From Pseudovirgaria hyperparasitica (Eukaryota), in assembly GCA_010093815.1 (NCBI GenBank), contig ML996567.1: a DNA stretch of 64,000 nucleotides; one strand, written 5' to 3'. Below, in pieces: positions 11,601 to 22,000 of the stretch (position 1 is its first letter; each line of letters starts with the position of its first letter). Below the pieces are notes generated by a model. That model saw nothing but the letters and a program-made list of their open reading frames with translations. It had not been told where the DNA came from and made no database searches. A program made the position numbers and the translations under genes.

Positions 11601-13897
11601 GGACCGAGCGTCGACAAGGTCGTTGTAGCAGGCTTGCCGGTCGGTTCTCGGTCTTCTGCGCCGCTGCTGTCGGCCAAGAAGGTGGTGTCTTGCTCGCTGG
11701 CTGGTATGACCTTGCCGCGTTTGACCTTGAGCTTGAGCTTCGGCCCATCCGAGTTCATTGTGTTGTCGAAATTCTTCGCGAGACGGCCGCGAGATGGTGG
11801 TGGGGGATCGTCACTGTAATATTGTTCTGTGCCACCACGCCACGAGTAGTCTACACCCTGTCCCTCGCGTACTCTTCTTGCGTCGTGCTGGGGCATGGGA
11901 GGAGTGTTGTCGTCGTCGTCGTCGTCTGCTGGTTTTGAGTTGCCGCTGTGTTGACGCGGTGCGCTTACAGAGTTGATTCGGGCAGCGTTGTCATCATCAT
12001 GAAGGAACGGATCGATTGCTTTGTACAGGCTGCTGGCACCGGGACTGTCTTGTGGACGATCGACGTTTGCATTCCGGATGGCTTGAAGCTGAAGCGGCAC
12101 CAGGGTGGGTGGCAAGGTCTCGACGACCGACTTCTTGCGGCGGCGAAAGAAGGAGGAATGCTTCTTGTTTAGGGTGGGTGGTGGTGGCGCGGAGACCTGG
12201 GGTTGTTGATGATGGTTAGATGTCTGGTCGGCGGAAGAAGAAGAATGGTTGATGACGGAGGAGGAGGAGGGAGGGGGCGGTTTGGAGAGCGTCTTGGAGG
12301 CCGGACGCCCAACAGTGGCCGGCATATTTCGGGCAGCAGCAGCAGAAGGAGGGCCGTGCTGCATAGTCTTTGGGCGATCGTCCACTCTCTTTGATTCAAC
12401 AGACTGGCCGGCAGTGTGTGGGGGAGGGGCGGCGGCTGGTTGATTATTCTCCTTCCGCGACGAGCCGCCAAAGACTCGACGGAAAAAGCCGGGCTTTTCC
12501 TTGGGCGAGGACTGACTGACAGCAGCAGCAGCAGCAGCAGCAGCGTCAGTGCCGTGCTTCAGGTGGTGGCTCATCACATTCGGACCTGGAGCGATGGGGT
12601 CATGAGCGCCATCGCGAGCGGCTGCTCGGTAGAACTCGTTTGCCTGTGCCATGACGGCAGCATCCGGATATGCACTTCTCGAGGGCTTCCTACTCCTGCT
12701 CGTCGCAGAACGAATGCTGTTTCTTCGCGAGGAGGGAATCTGTGGAGGAGCGCAGATGGGCTGGGGAGGAAATGCGGGAGAGCCTAGGGGTGTATCGCCA
12801 AACCGCTGTGGTCCAGAGTAGACGGTCGGTGAAGGGGCAGCCTCGAAGCTGTGGTAGGTGACGGGTACCGGTCGACCACGCCCCATGACGCCAGACAGGT
12901 CGGCATGAGGGTCGTGAAGAACGTGTTGTTGTTGATGTTGTTGCTGCTGCAGCGGACCACAGTTGATGTCGAGGCTAGCCGATCTATGAACACGGCGTGG
13001 ACGAGGAGCCGTCAACGGCAGCCTCTGACCGTAGTCCATGCTCGAGGAAGCACTGCTCTTGCTGCCCTGTCGTGGACCTCGACTGTGACTTCTTCTTTGC
13101 TGCTGCTGCTGCTGCTCTTGCGCGGCCCAGACAGAGTGTGTATCGGTTGTTGTTGTGCGTGTGGTGTTGAATTTGGAGGTGCTGTTGCTCTGTCGAGTGT
13201 GTTGGTGGTAGTCGGGATAGGTGAAGATGTGGTGGTGGGCAGTAGTAGTAGGATTGGGATCATAGTCGGAGGGATTGGAGGACGAGTAAGTATGGCCACG
13301 AGCTCGAGGCGGTCTTTGAGGAGGCGGAGGATGAGGATGAGGCGCGTAGTGAGTGTCATGGGTGTAGTACTCTTCGTTGTCGTTGTCGTTCTCGTCGTCG
13401 TCGCCGTCATCGTCGTCAAGGGAGGCGTAGGGAGGGACAGGATTAGAAAAGGCGCCGAGGCCGGTGGAAGATATCTGGTCCAAGGATAGCAGCATGTTGT
13501 CGACGACAGAGTCCCTGGTGTGATGATCCATGGCAAGATCATGGGAGTCGCGTGGAGAAGAGTCCATGTTGTCGGACCGATGATGATGATGCTGGTGATG
13601 CTGGAGCTGATGGTGATGATGGCGCTGGACAGGAGAGGCATGGTCGTGAAAGAAGGTTTCGTCAGGCCCAGCGTGGTGGGAATGGAGCTGGCGCACAGAA
13701 GCTTGCCGGATCCTTCTTCCGTCCGCATTGGGCGGTGTCCTCGGCGGCGATTGGTCGCGCATGGCAGCAGCAGACGGCAGTCCGAGCGACGGACCGTCAG
13801 GAGGCTGAAAGGGTGAATGAAGGTTTGACGGAAGGGGAAGTGAGTTGTAGGGATGCGAGCGAAAAGCGAAAGCGGGATCAGACGGCGGGCATGTCAA
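8654..13897 (-). CDS. Sec7-domain + PH-domain Arf guanine nucleotide exchange factor (Syt1/Sec74-like)
   Basis: 1747-aa ORF with Sec7 motifs LKAETQQVDRVL and YSILLLNTDLH, and a PH domain (WAKEGILKHKH...SKTRPNVWAL...TANYWSARLSKEPL). Long low-complexity N-terminus. The true start could be the downstream MRDQ. Confidence 0.92.
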   Translation of the reverse strand: MTCPPSDPAFAFRSHPYNSLPLPSNLHSPFQPPDGPSLGLPSAAAMRDQSPPRTPPNADGRRIRQASVRQLHSHHAGPDETFFHDHASPVQRHHHHQLQHHQHHHHRSDNMDSSPRDSHDLAMDHHTRDSVVDNMLLSLDQISSTGLGAFSNPVPPYASLDDDDGDDDENDNDNEEYYTHDTHYAPHPHPPPPQRPPRARGHTYSSSNPSDYDPNPTTTAHHHIFTYPDYHQHTRQSNSTSKFNTTRTTTTDTHSVWAAQEQQQQQQRRSHSRGPRQGSKSSASSSMDYGQRLPLTAPRPRRVHRSASLDINCGPLQQQQHQQQHVLHDPHADLSGVMGRGRPVPVTYHSFEAAPSPTVYSGPQRFGDTPLGSPAFPPQPICAPPQIPSSRRNSIRSATSRSRKPSRSAYPDAAVMAQANEFYRAAARDGAHDPIAPGPNVMSHHLKHGTDAAAAAAAAVSQSSPKEKPGFFRRVFGGSSRKENNQPAAAPPPHTAGQSVESKRVDDRPKTMQHGPPSAAAARNMPATVGRPASKTLSKPPPPSSSSVINHSSSSADQTSNHHQQPQVSAPPPPTLNKKHSSFFRRRKKSVVETLPPTLVPLQLQAIRNANVDRPQDSPGASSLYKAIDPFLHDDDNAARINSVSAPRQHSGNSKPADDDDDDNTPPMPQHDARRVREGQGVDYSWRGGTEQYYSDDPPPPSRGRLAKNFDNTMNSDGPKLKLKVKRGKVIPASEQDTTFLADSSGAEDREPTGKPATTTLSTLGPKSPTHPASSSSSSSTTPLRSPAAAAAADVPTPKANSAEKRAKQNEFRKLQQIDTNVGSAGASTSRQQQQQSSRAIAANRLWLEPTSSDEKLDQDALLRSPTTTTTTMYEDARSSQPASAAAGHRSPCSATDEFYSTTSLPIVQVNSTEAAAAAAAAAAGRPNHITDHDNDEHDDHDPHDDHEPTEEDRDRAAKIFGGDEEFTSKFKAAAWLGEASKKASRTRKAYMELYEWSGQSIVSALRDMCTKLLLKAETQQVDRVLASFALRWWDCNPNNGFKSTDLVHAITYSILLLNTDLHMADIEQKMTRAQFVKNTMPTMRRLAEEATAGQQRQQQQEDEADELAATIKAMNPHRKAGEEQRGFVPWVQCPEPPPIRPRSGRTTPSEDNNNNNNNNNNDRPSLESKRSRNRLSIRPPAFRTDSDDAPAANAHADNCTVLVKAPYEGPLKGWETQVEIVLKEFYNSIRNHCLPLYGAEQEQSAYTTATKSLAVGSHLRRTPSVLSKANSEHLSYSGRSVDFRTSHARYNSKNRSRPHLYPNSTVGSSRTSLDDQSVWSPAQSSTWSKYSLGKTQASMMSVDSLGSHFAAADYQQSIGFANALSQAIIREEGIPNSLSSEEFTKVAPLLEDESLELAGAPWAKEGILKHKHLMDAPDKKAKDRGWSECFAVIEKGYMRLFSFGMNSKSLRHKNKSKLSGGGGGVVVGGGNWAENAENMGSFLLRQTIANALPPPGYSKTRPNVWALSLPGGAVHLFQVGTVDIVREFVSTANYWSARLSKEPLTGGVSNIEYGWGENVINSALIRPESSAAAATNHHHNSVSLPRASTQSSIRSSLDYQGNVRARLPGDKVHISEWKPPVSSMMASTLLAVDQLRALQAYVRNIESELARHNDLRPPMLIAFSPRHPNAGKALANWEKKSSYLLKEIVKFRTYIEALQSAERAKLKIAREKDAERAKAQEHDPLSAMSVEVDDGGIDPAIGRYIS

Positions 13898-15117
13898 GGC
13901 ATGGACGGGATTGGACGTCCAGTCTTGAACAGAGAGCCGGAAGCAGTCAGTCAGGATGAAGGGTGTAATGCGAAAGAAGACGAGACGACAAGGCCCGGGG
14001 TGGTGGTTGTTGTTGTTGTTGTTGTGGTAAGTGAGGTGGAGCGAAAAGGTCGAATCAATAGTGGGCAGGCGAGCGGTGGAAAGTCAATTGAGGAGGGAGC
14101 GGGCCGTTTCGGAGGGTCTGAGAGTGGTAGTGGTAGTAGTCTGTGATTAGTGGATGGATGGAGAGAGAGAGGGAGAGTAAGGTTTGAAAGGTGGAGTATA
14201 GTTGAGAGTTGTTTCACGGATGGAGGAGAGTGAGTGAGTGAATGAAGAAGAATAGTGTAGTAGCGTATGCAGTGTAATTAGTGGGTGGTGAAAAAAAAGG
14301 CAGAAAGGTCCGGTGGGATCTCAGGGGCAGCCAGCCAGCCAGCCAGCAGCAGCAATTGCGGGCTCCAAACGCGCCAACCAGCGAATGATTAGCTGCCACT
14401 GCCGCGCGAAATTGGGGGGGTGTAGGCGCTAAAGACGACGACGACCCCCCTAAGGTTAGCCCTATATGGCGCCCTATAGCCTGCATACAACCCCCCTTAA
14501 TTACCAGCCAGCAGCCAGCATCTACATAATGGCAGTCTTCTTTCAGACGCATCAATCTTCGCTTGCGTACGGACTAGCTGCATCTGCCGTTCAGGCCACG
14601 AGTCCGGCAAAGTGACTGTGAAAGATGAGAGTGGTGGATATAGTCATCATGTGTGAGGAGAGTGTGCTGCCAACTATTAATTGATTGACTGCAAAGAAGG
14701 TCGAGAAGAAACGGCGGCGTCGTCCACCAAGGCAGCCGGGAAAGCTTAAACGGCATTGGGCGTGCTGGACAGTAGTGGATGGATACATGACGGGGGATTA
14801 CTAAGGTATGCAAAACAGGCAGAAGATGCCTCGAAGTAGCTAGACTACACTCCACACTGGGTCTTTGTCTGCTTCAAGCCATGACTCGGCATAGATTACG
14901 GCGCATGTCAGCCTGGAATTACACCTTCCACCACGACGTACCCGACTAGGTAGCATAGCAGGTATGGCTATAGCAGAAAGTAGATTATGCCCGTTAGCAG
15001 CCCTTATTAAGCTTTTGCAGCTGCAGCCACCACCACGCACTCGCTCCTCTACCGCGCAGTCTGACCGTCCAACGCAGCAACAGAACAGCCCCTTTCTCGC
15101 CCATGGATGGATGTATG

Positions 15118-15169
15118 ATGGACGTATGGACGTATGGACGTATGGACGTATGAACGTATGGACGTATGG
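15118..15169 (+). repeat. (ATGGACGT)x6 tandem 8-mer
   Basis: Direct reading; one unit is ATGAACGT. Confidence 0.85.
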
Positions 15170-16325
15170 CTCGCTGCCCGTCCGTCCGTCGATCCTCATT
15201 CTTGCGTGCTCCTCCACCCTCTCTCGCATGTGCTCATATGTCGCCAATCTCTGCTGTCTCTACTACCGCCATCCTCCAGCATCTGAGCATCATGACCATC
15301 CATGCCTGTCTGTCACTCACACGCGTTTCATCCCCCCGTCGTGCCTGTATCATCATCCATCTCACTCTCTCCACTGCCTGCACTGCCTGCCCCGGGCGCG
15401 AACTAGATCAGCGGGAACAAACGGCCCGCTAACAACTGATTACCTCGGAGGGAGTCTAGGCCAACTCGCAATAATACATACTGTACCTTGCATGCTTCCT
15501 ACCTCACATACATACATACATACCTAGGCACACTACGCTCGCGAATTAGATGCACGCGCTGCTCGTGCTGTTCCTGCGCTAGTATGTATACACACCCTCG
15601 TCCTGTCTGTGCCTTTTTCGCGACAACTGTGTACAGTAGCTGCATATAATATGTAATTAGGACGACGACCTGACCGTGCCGTCTGAAAGACACGTGAGAT
15701 GCCACGCGAGGTCATCCATACGTCCGTCCATACGTCCATGTCCCCCAATCCACAAGCGAACAGGCAGGCAGTTCGAACGTCAAAGCCGCCGCTGCAGCCG
15801 CCAGAATATACGCAGCTGCAGCAGTACCAGTACACATTATACGCACCGGATTTCTTTTCTTTTTGCCCACGTCAATAGTCCGCTGCATACTGCTTCAATT
15901 CAAATACCTATTCCCTTGTCTTGCCCCTAATTACCTAATTACTCCCCTCAACCTCCTGAACCCCTCCAACAGCAGCAACAACAACAACAACAACAACACA
16001 CAACCACCCATCCCTGCCTAACAACACCTTCCTGACATAATTAGCTGACGTGCATGCCAGCCATGACACACGCATGCCATGCCGACAAAGCCGCCGAAAA
16101 AGTTACAGAGTATGACCCAGCAGTCCGAATGCGGTTGCTGCTGCATGTCTAGCTTTGTTTATATACATGTCCAGTGTATATATAGACGTGATGTGGCTTG
16201 GCTTTGACATGTTGGATGCGAACGGATGGCTTGGGTTGGCATGCCGTATTTATCCGGGCGGGCGGGTCGACTGGGTGGGGATGGATATGGAGATGGATAT
16301 GGGTGGAGATGGAGAGGGATCCCTT

Positions 16326-16397
16326 TGCTTGTCTGCTTGTCTGCTTGTCTGCTTGTCTGCTTGTCTGCTTGTCTGCTTGTCTGCTTGTCTGCTTGTC
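16326..16397 (+). repeat. (TGCTTGTC)x9 tandem 8-mer
   Basis: Direct reading. Explains the spurious CLSACLLV ORFs. Confidence 0.9.
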
Positions 16398-17721
16398 CGC
16401 TTGTTTATGCTTGTCTGTGCTTGTGCTTGTTGGATAGCTACTACTGTCTAGCTGTCTGTCACTCACGCAGCTATTGCATGCAGCTGCACATAGCGCGACA
16501 CCGTTAAATATAGCAGACGCACATCATCCTATTCTCTGCTCTTCTACTCCTCCCTTCTAGAATCCCTATTGCGTCCATGCAACGCATAATTACCGGTCCA
16601 AGACCTAATACCTGCCTAACTACCTGGCCTGTCCAGTGCACCCACTTGTCAGGAATGTGTGCCATATGCCATGATATGATACGCACTTGTGCGTTGCCTG
16701 AGGTCGTACCGTCATTCGATGGTGTCGATGGGAGGGAGTTGTATGCGAGCTGGAATTGCTAGGTGGGGAAAGGTGGTGTGAATTGCGCTCGGAGGGGTGC
16801 GGATGGTGGATTGTGGTCAATAGATAGATGGTGTGGGTTTGTTGTTGTGATGCCAGACGAAGCACACGATATCACATCACACACACATCCGTCCACACCC
16901 ACACCCACATCCACAGCGACGCGGAACTGCCACTCTACTCCACCACACACACGCACGCATAAACCCATCATCACAATCCCAATCACCACGCTACCCATCT
17001 CCCATCTCCCACCAAGCCCACAAAGACATGTACCGCACCAGCATAAATTTCCCCAGCCCTCATCGTGCGCAGAAACGACCGGGGGGTAAGTTACGATGCG
17101 ACCTGCACTGTATATCCAATGCATCTCACTCTCCCCTCCGCTTTCCCCTCCGCCTGACCCATTGCGATAGTAGTCACGGCCAACAGAGTGAATATGTGGA
17201 GGGTTACAGTTTTATGAAGAACCGGAAGCTGGACGGTGGGCGGGAAGAGCTTTTATAGTGCTTGTGGGAAATTTTCATCGAGTGGTCTGTGCGGGACTTG
17301 GCACATGTCTTGGCGCCTCAGGGTATGGTGCCTTGGTGCCTGGGGACTTGGTGCCTGAAGACTTGGTGCCTTAATGCCTGGTGGGGCTCGATGCTCGTGA
17401 AGTTGTGACGACATCGCGTTCACTCTCGTCCCTTCGCTCAACTCCACCTCAAAGCCACGACACCGTATATACTTCATAATTAGCAGCAACAATTAATACT
17501 ACCAAATCTAGTCTCCACTCTCCACTTCAGTACTCATCACATCTAACAACCACTGCCTCAACCAACCGCCCGCTCAACACCTGCCCCGCATACCATGACC
17601 TTCAATTACATCATATCGACTAATACACACCGTCCATACCATACTACCTCATCCATCCATCCACCCGTACTCGCTATATACACCTCCCACAAACCTCCCA
17701 TGTAGACACCCACCTCCCATC

Positions 17722-18753
17722 ATGTCCTCCACCGTCATCCTCGCCTTCGACGCCTACGGCACCCTTCTCTCCCCATCCACCATCACAAACACCCTCGCCG
17801 CCCACGTCAACCCGGCCAAAGCCCCCTCCATAGCCTCCGAATGGCGCCGTCTCCAGCTCGAATACACCTTTCGCCTCACAAGCATGGGTATACCTCTCAT
17901 ACCACCACCACTACCATACACACCCACACCCACAACAAGACCAAGAACAAGACCGACTAACAAACCAGGCAAATACAAGCCCTTCCATACCCTCACCCGC
18001 GCCGCCCTGACCCACGCCCTAGCAACCCACAACACCCCTCTCGACACCCAGTCCACAAACGCCATCATGCACGCCTACACCACCACCGCGCTCGCCCCCT
18101 TCCCGGACGTCGTCCCGGGCCTCAAAGACCTCGAGACATACCAACAGTCCCAGCACTCCACCTCCCCGCCCATCAAAGCAGTAATCTTCACCAACGGCAC
18201 ACGGGAAATGATATCCACCGCCCTGCACTCCACGCCCGCCCTCACGCCCTTTTTATCCACCCTCTTCCATCCCTCTAGTAACAACACCAACACCAACACC
18301 AACAACACCAACGAAAACAACACCATCTGCCACCCCTCCAACGACCCCATAATCACCGTCGAAGACACAAAAAAATACAAGCCCGCACCCGACGTCTACC
18401 TCCACCTCGCGCAGCAAACCGGCAAGACGACGAGGGCGCAAATGGCCGATGTGTGGCTCGTGAGTGGGAATGCGTTTGATGTTGTCGGTGCGAAAGCCGT
18501 GGGCATGCGGGCTTGTTGGGTGGATCGGGAGGGGGACGGGTGGGTTGATGGGTTGGGTTTTTGTGTGGGGGGTGAGGGGGGGGATGGGGATGGGGCAGAT
18601 GGGGATGGGGCAGATGGGATTGGCGTAGATGGGAACGGGGATGGGAATGGGGATGGTAGGCCGGATGTTGTTGTTAGGGGTGTGGATGGAGTTCTTGATG
18701 CTGTGCTGGGGTATCTGAGGGGGACGGGGACGGCGAGAGTGGTAGTTGGGTAG
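17722..18753 (+). CDS. Haloacid dehalogenase type II-like HAD hydrolase, with an 81-nt in-frame intron at 17888-17968
   Basis: FDAYGTL, WRRLQLEYT, IFTNG, YKPAPDVY, LVSGNAFDVVGAKAVGM motifs. GTATAC...GACTAAC...CAG intron. Confidence 0.9.
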   Translation: MSSTVILAFDAYGTLLSPSTITNTLAAHVNPAKAPSIASEWRRLQLEYTFRLTSMGIPLIPPPLPYTPTPTTRPRTRPTNKPGKYKPFHTLTRAALTHALATHNTPLDTQSTNAIMHAYTTTALAPFPDVVPGLKDLETYQQSQHSTSPPIKAVIFTNGTREMISTALHSTPALTPFLSTLFHPSSNNTNTNTNNTNENNTICHPSNDPIITVEDTKKYKPAPDVYLHLAQQTGKTTRAQMADVWLVSGNAFDVVGAKAVGMRACWVDREGDGWVDGLGFCVGGEGGDGDGADGDGADGIGVDGNGDGNGDGRPDVVVRGVDGVLDAVLGYLRGTGTARVVVG

Positions 18754-19096
18754 AGTTTGTAAATTTGATACGTCTCCGGCAGGTATATATATAAGAAGTC
18801 AGAACGCTGATATCACCACCTAATTAATACCCATTTATCCTGTCATCCATACATTCACCGAATAGAACCAGACAATGGCAAACCAAACCTTAGATTGGCA
18901 AAAGAACAAGGTAGGTCATGTACAACTCCGCCACTTCTCGCGCGATTGAGCGTGTGGCAGACACAATAAGATAATATACATATACCACTACGTACGCTAC
19001 GTCAAAACGTGTATGCATGACACCCGACTGCCGCAGATACATCTGCCGCAGATACATCTGCTACAGCTACATAATCTCCACAACCTCTTCTTTCAA

Positions 19097-22000
19097 TCAA
19101 ACCGGCATCATGCCAATCCCCCCACCACCACCGCCCAGAGCTCGTCTATGCATCGACGACCCTCCACCACTATGTCTCTTGACAGCAGCCGCAGCCGCAC
19201 TCCTCCCCTTCTTAAAACTGCCCCCTGCCCCCGACGACGACGACGTCCTGGATCTCGCTCCACCACCACCACCACCAGTCTTGAACCCCTTCTTCCACTG
19301 TCCACGGGCGGCGCCACCACTACTCGCTGATGCTGCTGCTGCTGCCCGACCTTTTGTCTGTGCGGCACCACCGTGACGCGCATACGGATAGGCGGGGCGT
19401 TGCTCGTAGGCCGCTGCGGACATGTCGTGGTAGACCATCGCGTTGTCTCGCTCCCGCTGGCGGTCCGTCTGCTCTCGTCGGCCTCCCTCTGCGGGTCTGT
19501 CTGCGGGACGACGGGAGTTGTTTGAAAAGTAGCCTGATGTCTGCAGCGGGCCTGAATCTTCTTCTTCCTCGTCATCATCATCGTCGTCGTCGTTGTCGTC
19601 GGCGGTGAGATCAATGTCGCTGCCAAACTCCTCGTCCGAGCAGAGATCGATCACGTTGACGATCCGCTTGTTGGGATCCTCGACAACCTCCTCGCCCTGG
19701 CGCGTGGCATCGTCGTAGAAGGTCTTGTACTTCTCCAGGATCCGCATGATGCGTGCGCCGTGCGCGTCGATGCTCAGCTGGGAGATGCCCGGTATCTTCT
19801 CCATCGCCTTCAGGTCGGCCGGCCAGTTGACTGCCATTTCGCGGAGCACCGTATCCGAGAACGGCTGCGAGCGCAGCTGCAGCTGGTGGCGGATCTTCAT
19901 GCATTCCTTCTTCCCCTCCGCCACGAATTGCTCCACAATGTCGGCGTGCACATCATCGAGCTCTGCCATTCTTGCGTCCAGAGTGATTGGCTCACTCAGC
20001 CTCTTGGCCGGCGCCTTGCGGTGCGCTCTGGCCGATCGGGCGGCAGCTTGGAACGCATCCTCGTCATCGCTCTCCTCCCGTATTGGCTCGTGGTCTGGCA
20101 CAACAAAGCCTTCGTCGTCGTCGTCGTCTTCCTCGTCCTCGCACACGCGACGCTTCTTTACTGCATTGCGCCGTGAGGACATCTGGACGGGCGAGGACAC
20201 ATTGGTCGATATCGGCATTGCCCGAGCAGCCTTCACCCCAGTGGTAGACTTTGCTGCTGTAGCTGCTTTCTTCTTGCTTGTCTTCTTCGGCCCGAGCTTA
20301 TCCACCACTCTAGATGCCCGAGGCGTCACACGCACTTGTAGTTGCACAGGAACCTTGCCTTCTAGGAATGCACGGAACCTAGGTCCAATCTATGCTTGAT
20401 CAGCTCTGTCATTGTGAAAATTGCCCAAAAACCTTACCGTCAGGTAGCTGGTGGCAAACCCCTTTGCATTCACCACGCTATACTCCTGCAACGCGTTCTC
20501 GCTTATCAGATGGTAAAAGAGACGTTCAAGGTCTTCGCGAGCTAGATCAGACCCCTGCCCATACTCCTCTAATCGATTATGACCTCGATCTGTGATAGAC
20601 TTGTTCTTTGCACCACGAAAGACGTCGACGCAGTGCAGAAGCGTGAATCCGTTTCGGTCAGTCACCTGCTTTTTCAGAATATCAACCAAGCGTATGGCAC
20701 CTGCGGCGTATTCAGAAAAGTCTACCATCTCGAACCTGGACGATGATCTGCAGTTATCGCACGTCTTGCGGCATTGAGAGGCTGTAAAGGGCTCGTTGAA
20801 GTACAGAAGTACCTGCGCCCTGCGGCAGTCGCTCTGGTTCTCGCAGAATTGAACGACTTTGCGGAGCATCTGGTTCTGCCGATCCTTTTGCTGTCGGTCG
20901 CCTTCGCCGTCATCGACCATCTTCTTGAGCGTTACAGCATCTTGATAGCCATAGAAGAGAACGCACTCGGATTTCTTGCCATCGCGTCCAGCTCGCCCAG
21001 TCTCCTGATAGTAGCCTTCCAGACTTTTAGGTATACTGTGATGTATGACAAACCGGACATCCGGCTTGTCGATGCCCATGCCGAAAGCGATTGTGGCCAC
21101 GACAATGTGGATCTTGCCTGCTTGCCAGTCTCGCTGCGTCTGACTCTTATCAGCCGGCGTCATTCCAGCGTGGAAGTGACTGGCTCTCATGCCGTGCTCC
21201 TTGGTCAGCTTGGCCGCCACGTCTTCACACTTCTTCCGCGACAGACAGTATATGATGCCACATTTGCCACGGTGCCGGGCCTTGATGAACTCGACAATCT
21301 CGCCGAGAATCCCTCGAGACTTCTTTCGAACCTCATACTCCAGTCCAGGTCGATTGAAACTCTGTGTCAAGGTTTTGCAGTTTCCCATTCCCAGATTGTG
21401 ACGAACATCGACCTTGACATTCTCGGTAGCGGTGGCAGTCAGCGCCATTAACGGCACGCCCTCAAACTGTTTCCGAACCTCGCCCAGAGCTTTGTAGTCT
21501 GGCCTGAAGTCATGACCCCATTGACTGACGCAATGTGCCTCGTCAATGACCAGCCTTGCCAAAAGGCCGTTATTGTACAGGTCATGCAGCGCTCGGACTG
21601 TGCCAGGACTGTTGCTGAGCAGCTCAGGCGTGACATAGAGCATACTGATGTAATCTTCCACCCTTGAATCCCTCAGGGCACTGGTGACGAAGTTACGATG
21701 CTCTCGTGTACTTTCGCCATTGATAAAGAAGGCCGCGACTCCTAGTCGGTCTTTCAAGTGAGTCACTTGGTCTTCCATGAGACTCAGAAGAGGTGAGACC
21801 ACGACTGTGACCCCACGAGTTTTCCCAGACTTGACAAGAGCCGGGAGTTGGTAGCAGAGAGATTTCCCGCCACCAGTAGGCATGAGAACAAAGACGTCTC
21901 GCCCAGCCAAGGTCTCGTTGATCGCTTCCTCTTGATGTGGACGAAAGCCCTTCATGTGGAATGTATTCTTCAGCACTCGGTGTACTTCTGTCGTCCATTT

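Noticed and set aside
15118..16397. Tandem 8-mers as CRISPR-like or telomeric arrays
   Set aside because: No spacers, eukaryotic context, and not TTAGGG-like; these are simple minisatellites.
13950..17500. Many short ORFs upstream of the Sec7 gene
   Set aside because: Produced by microsatellites and 8-mer repeats; no coherent protein signal or splice model.
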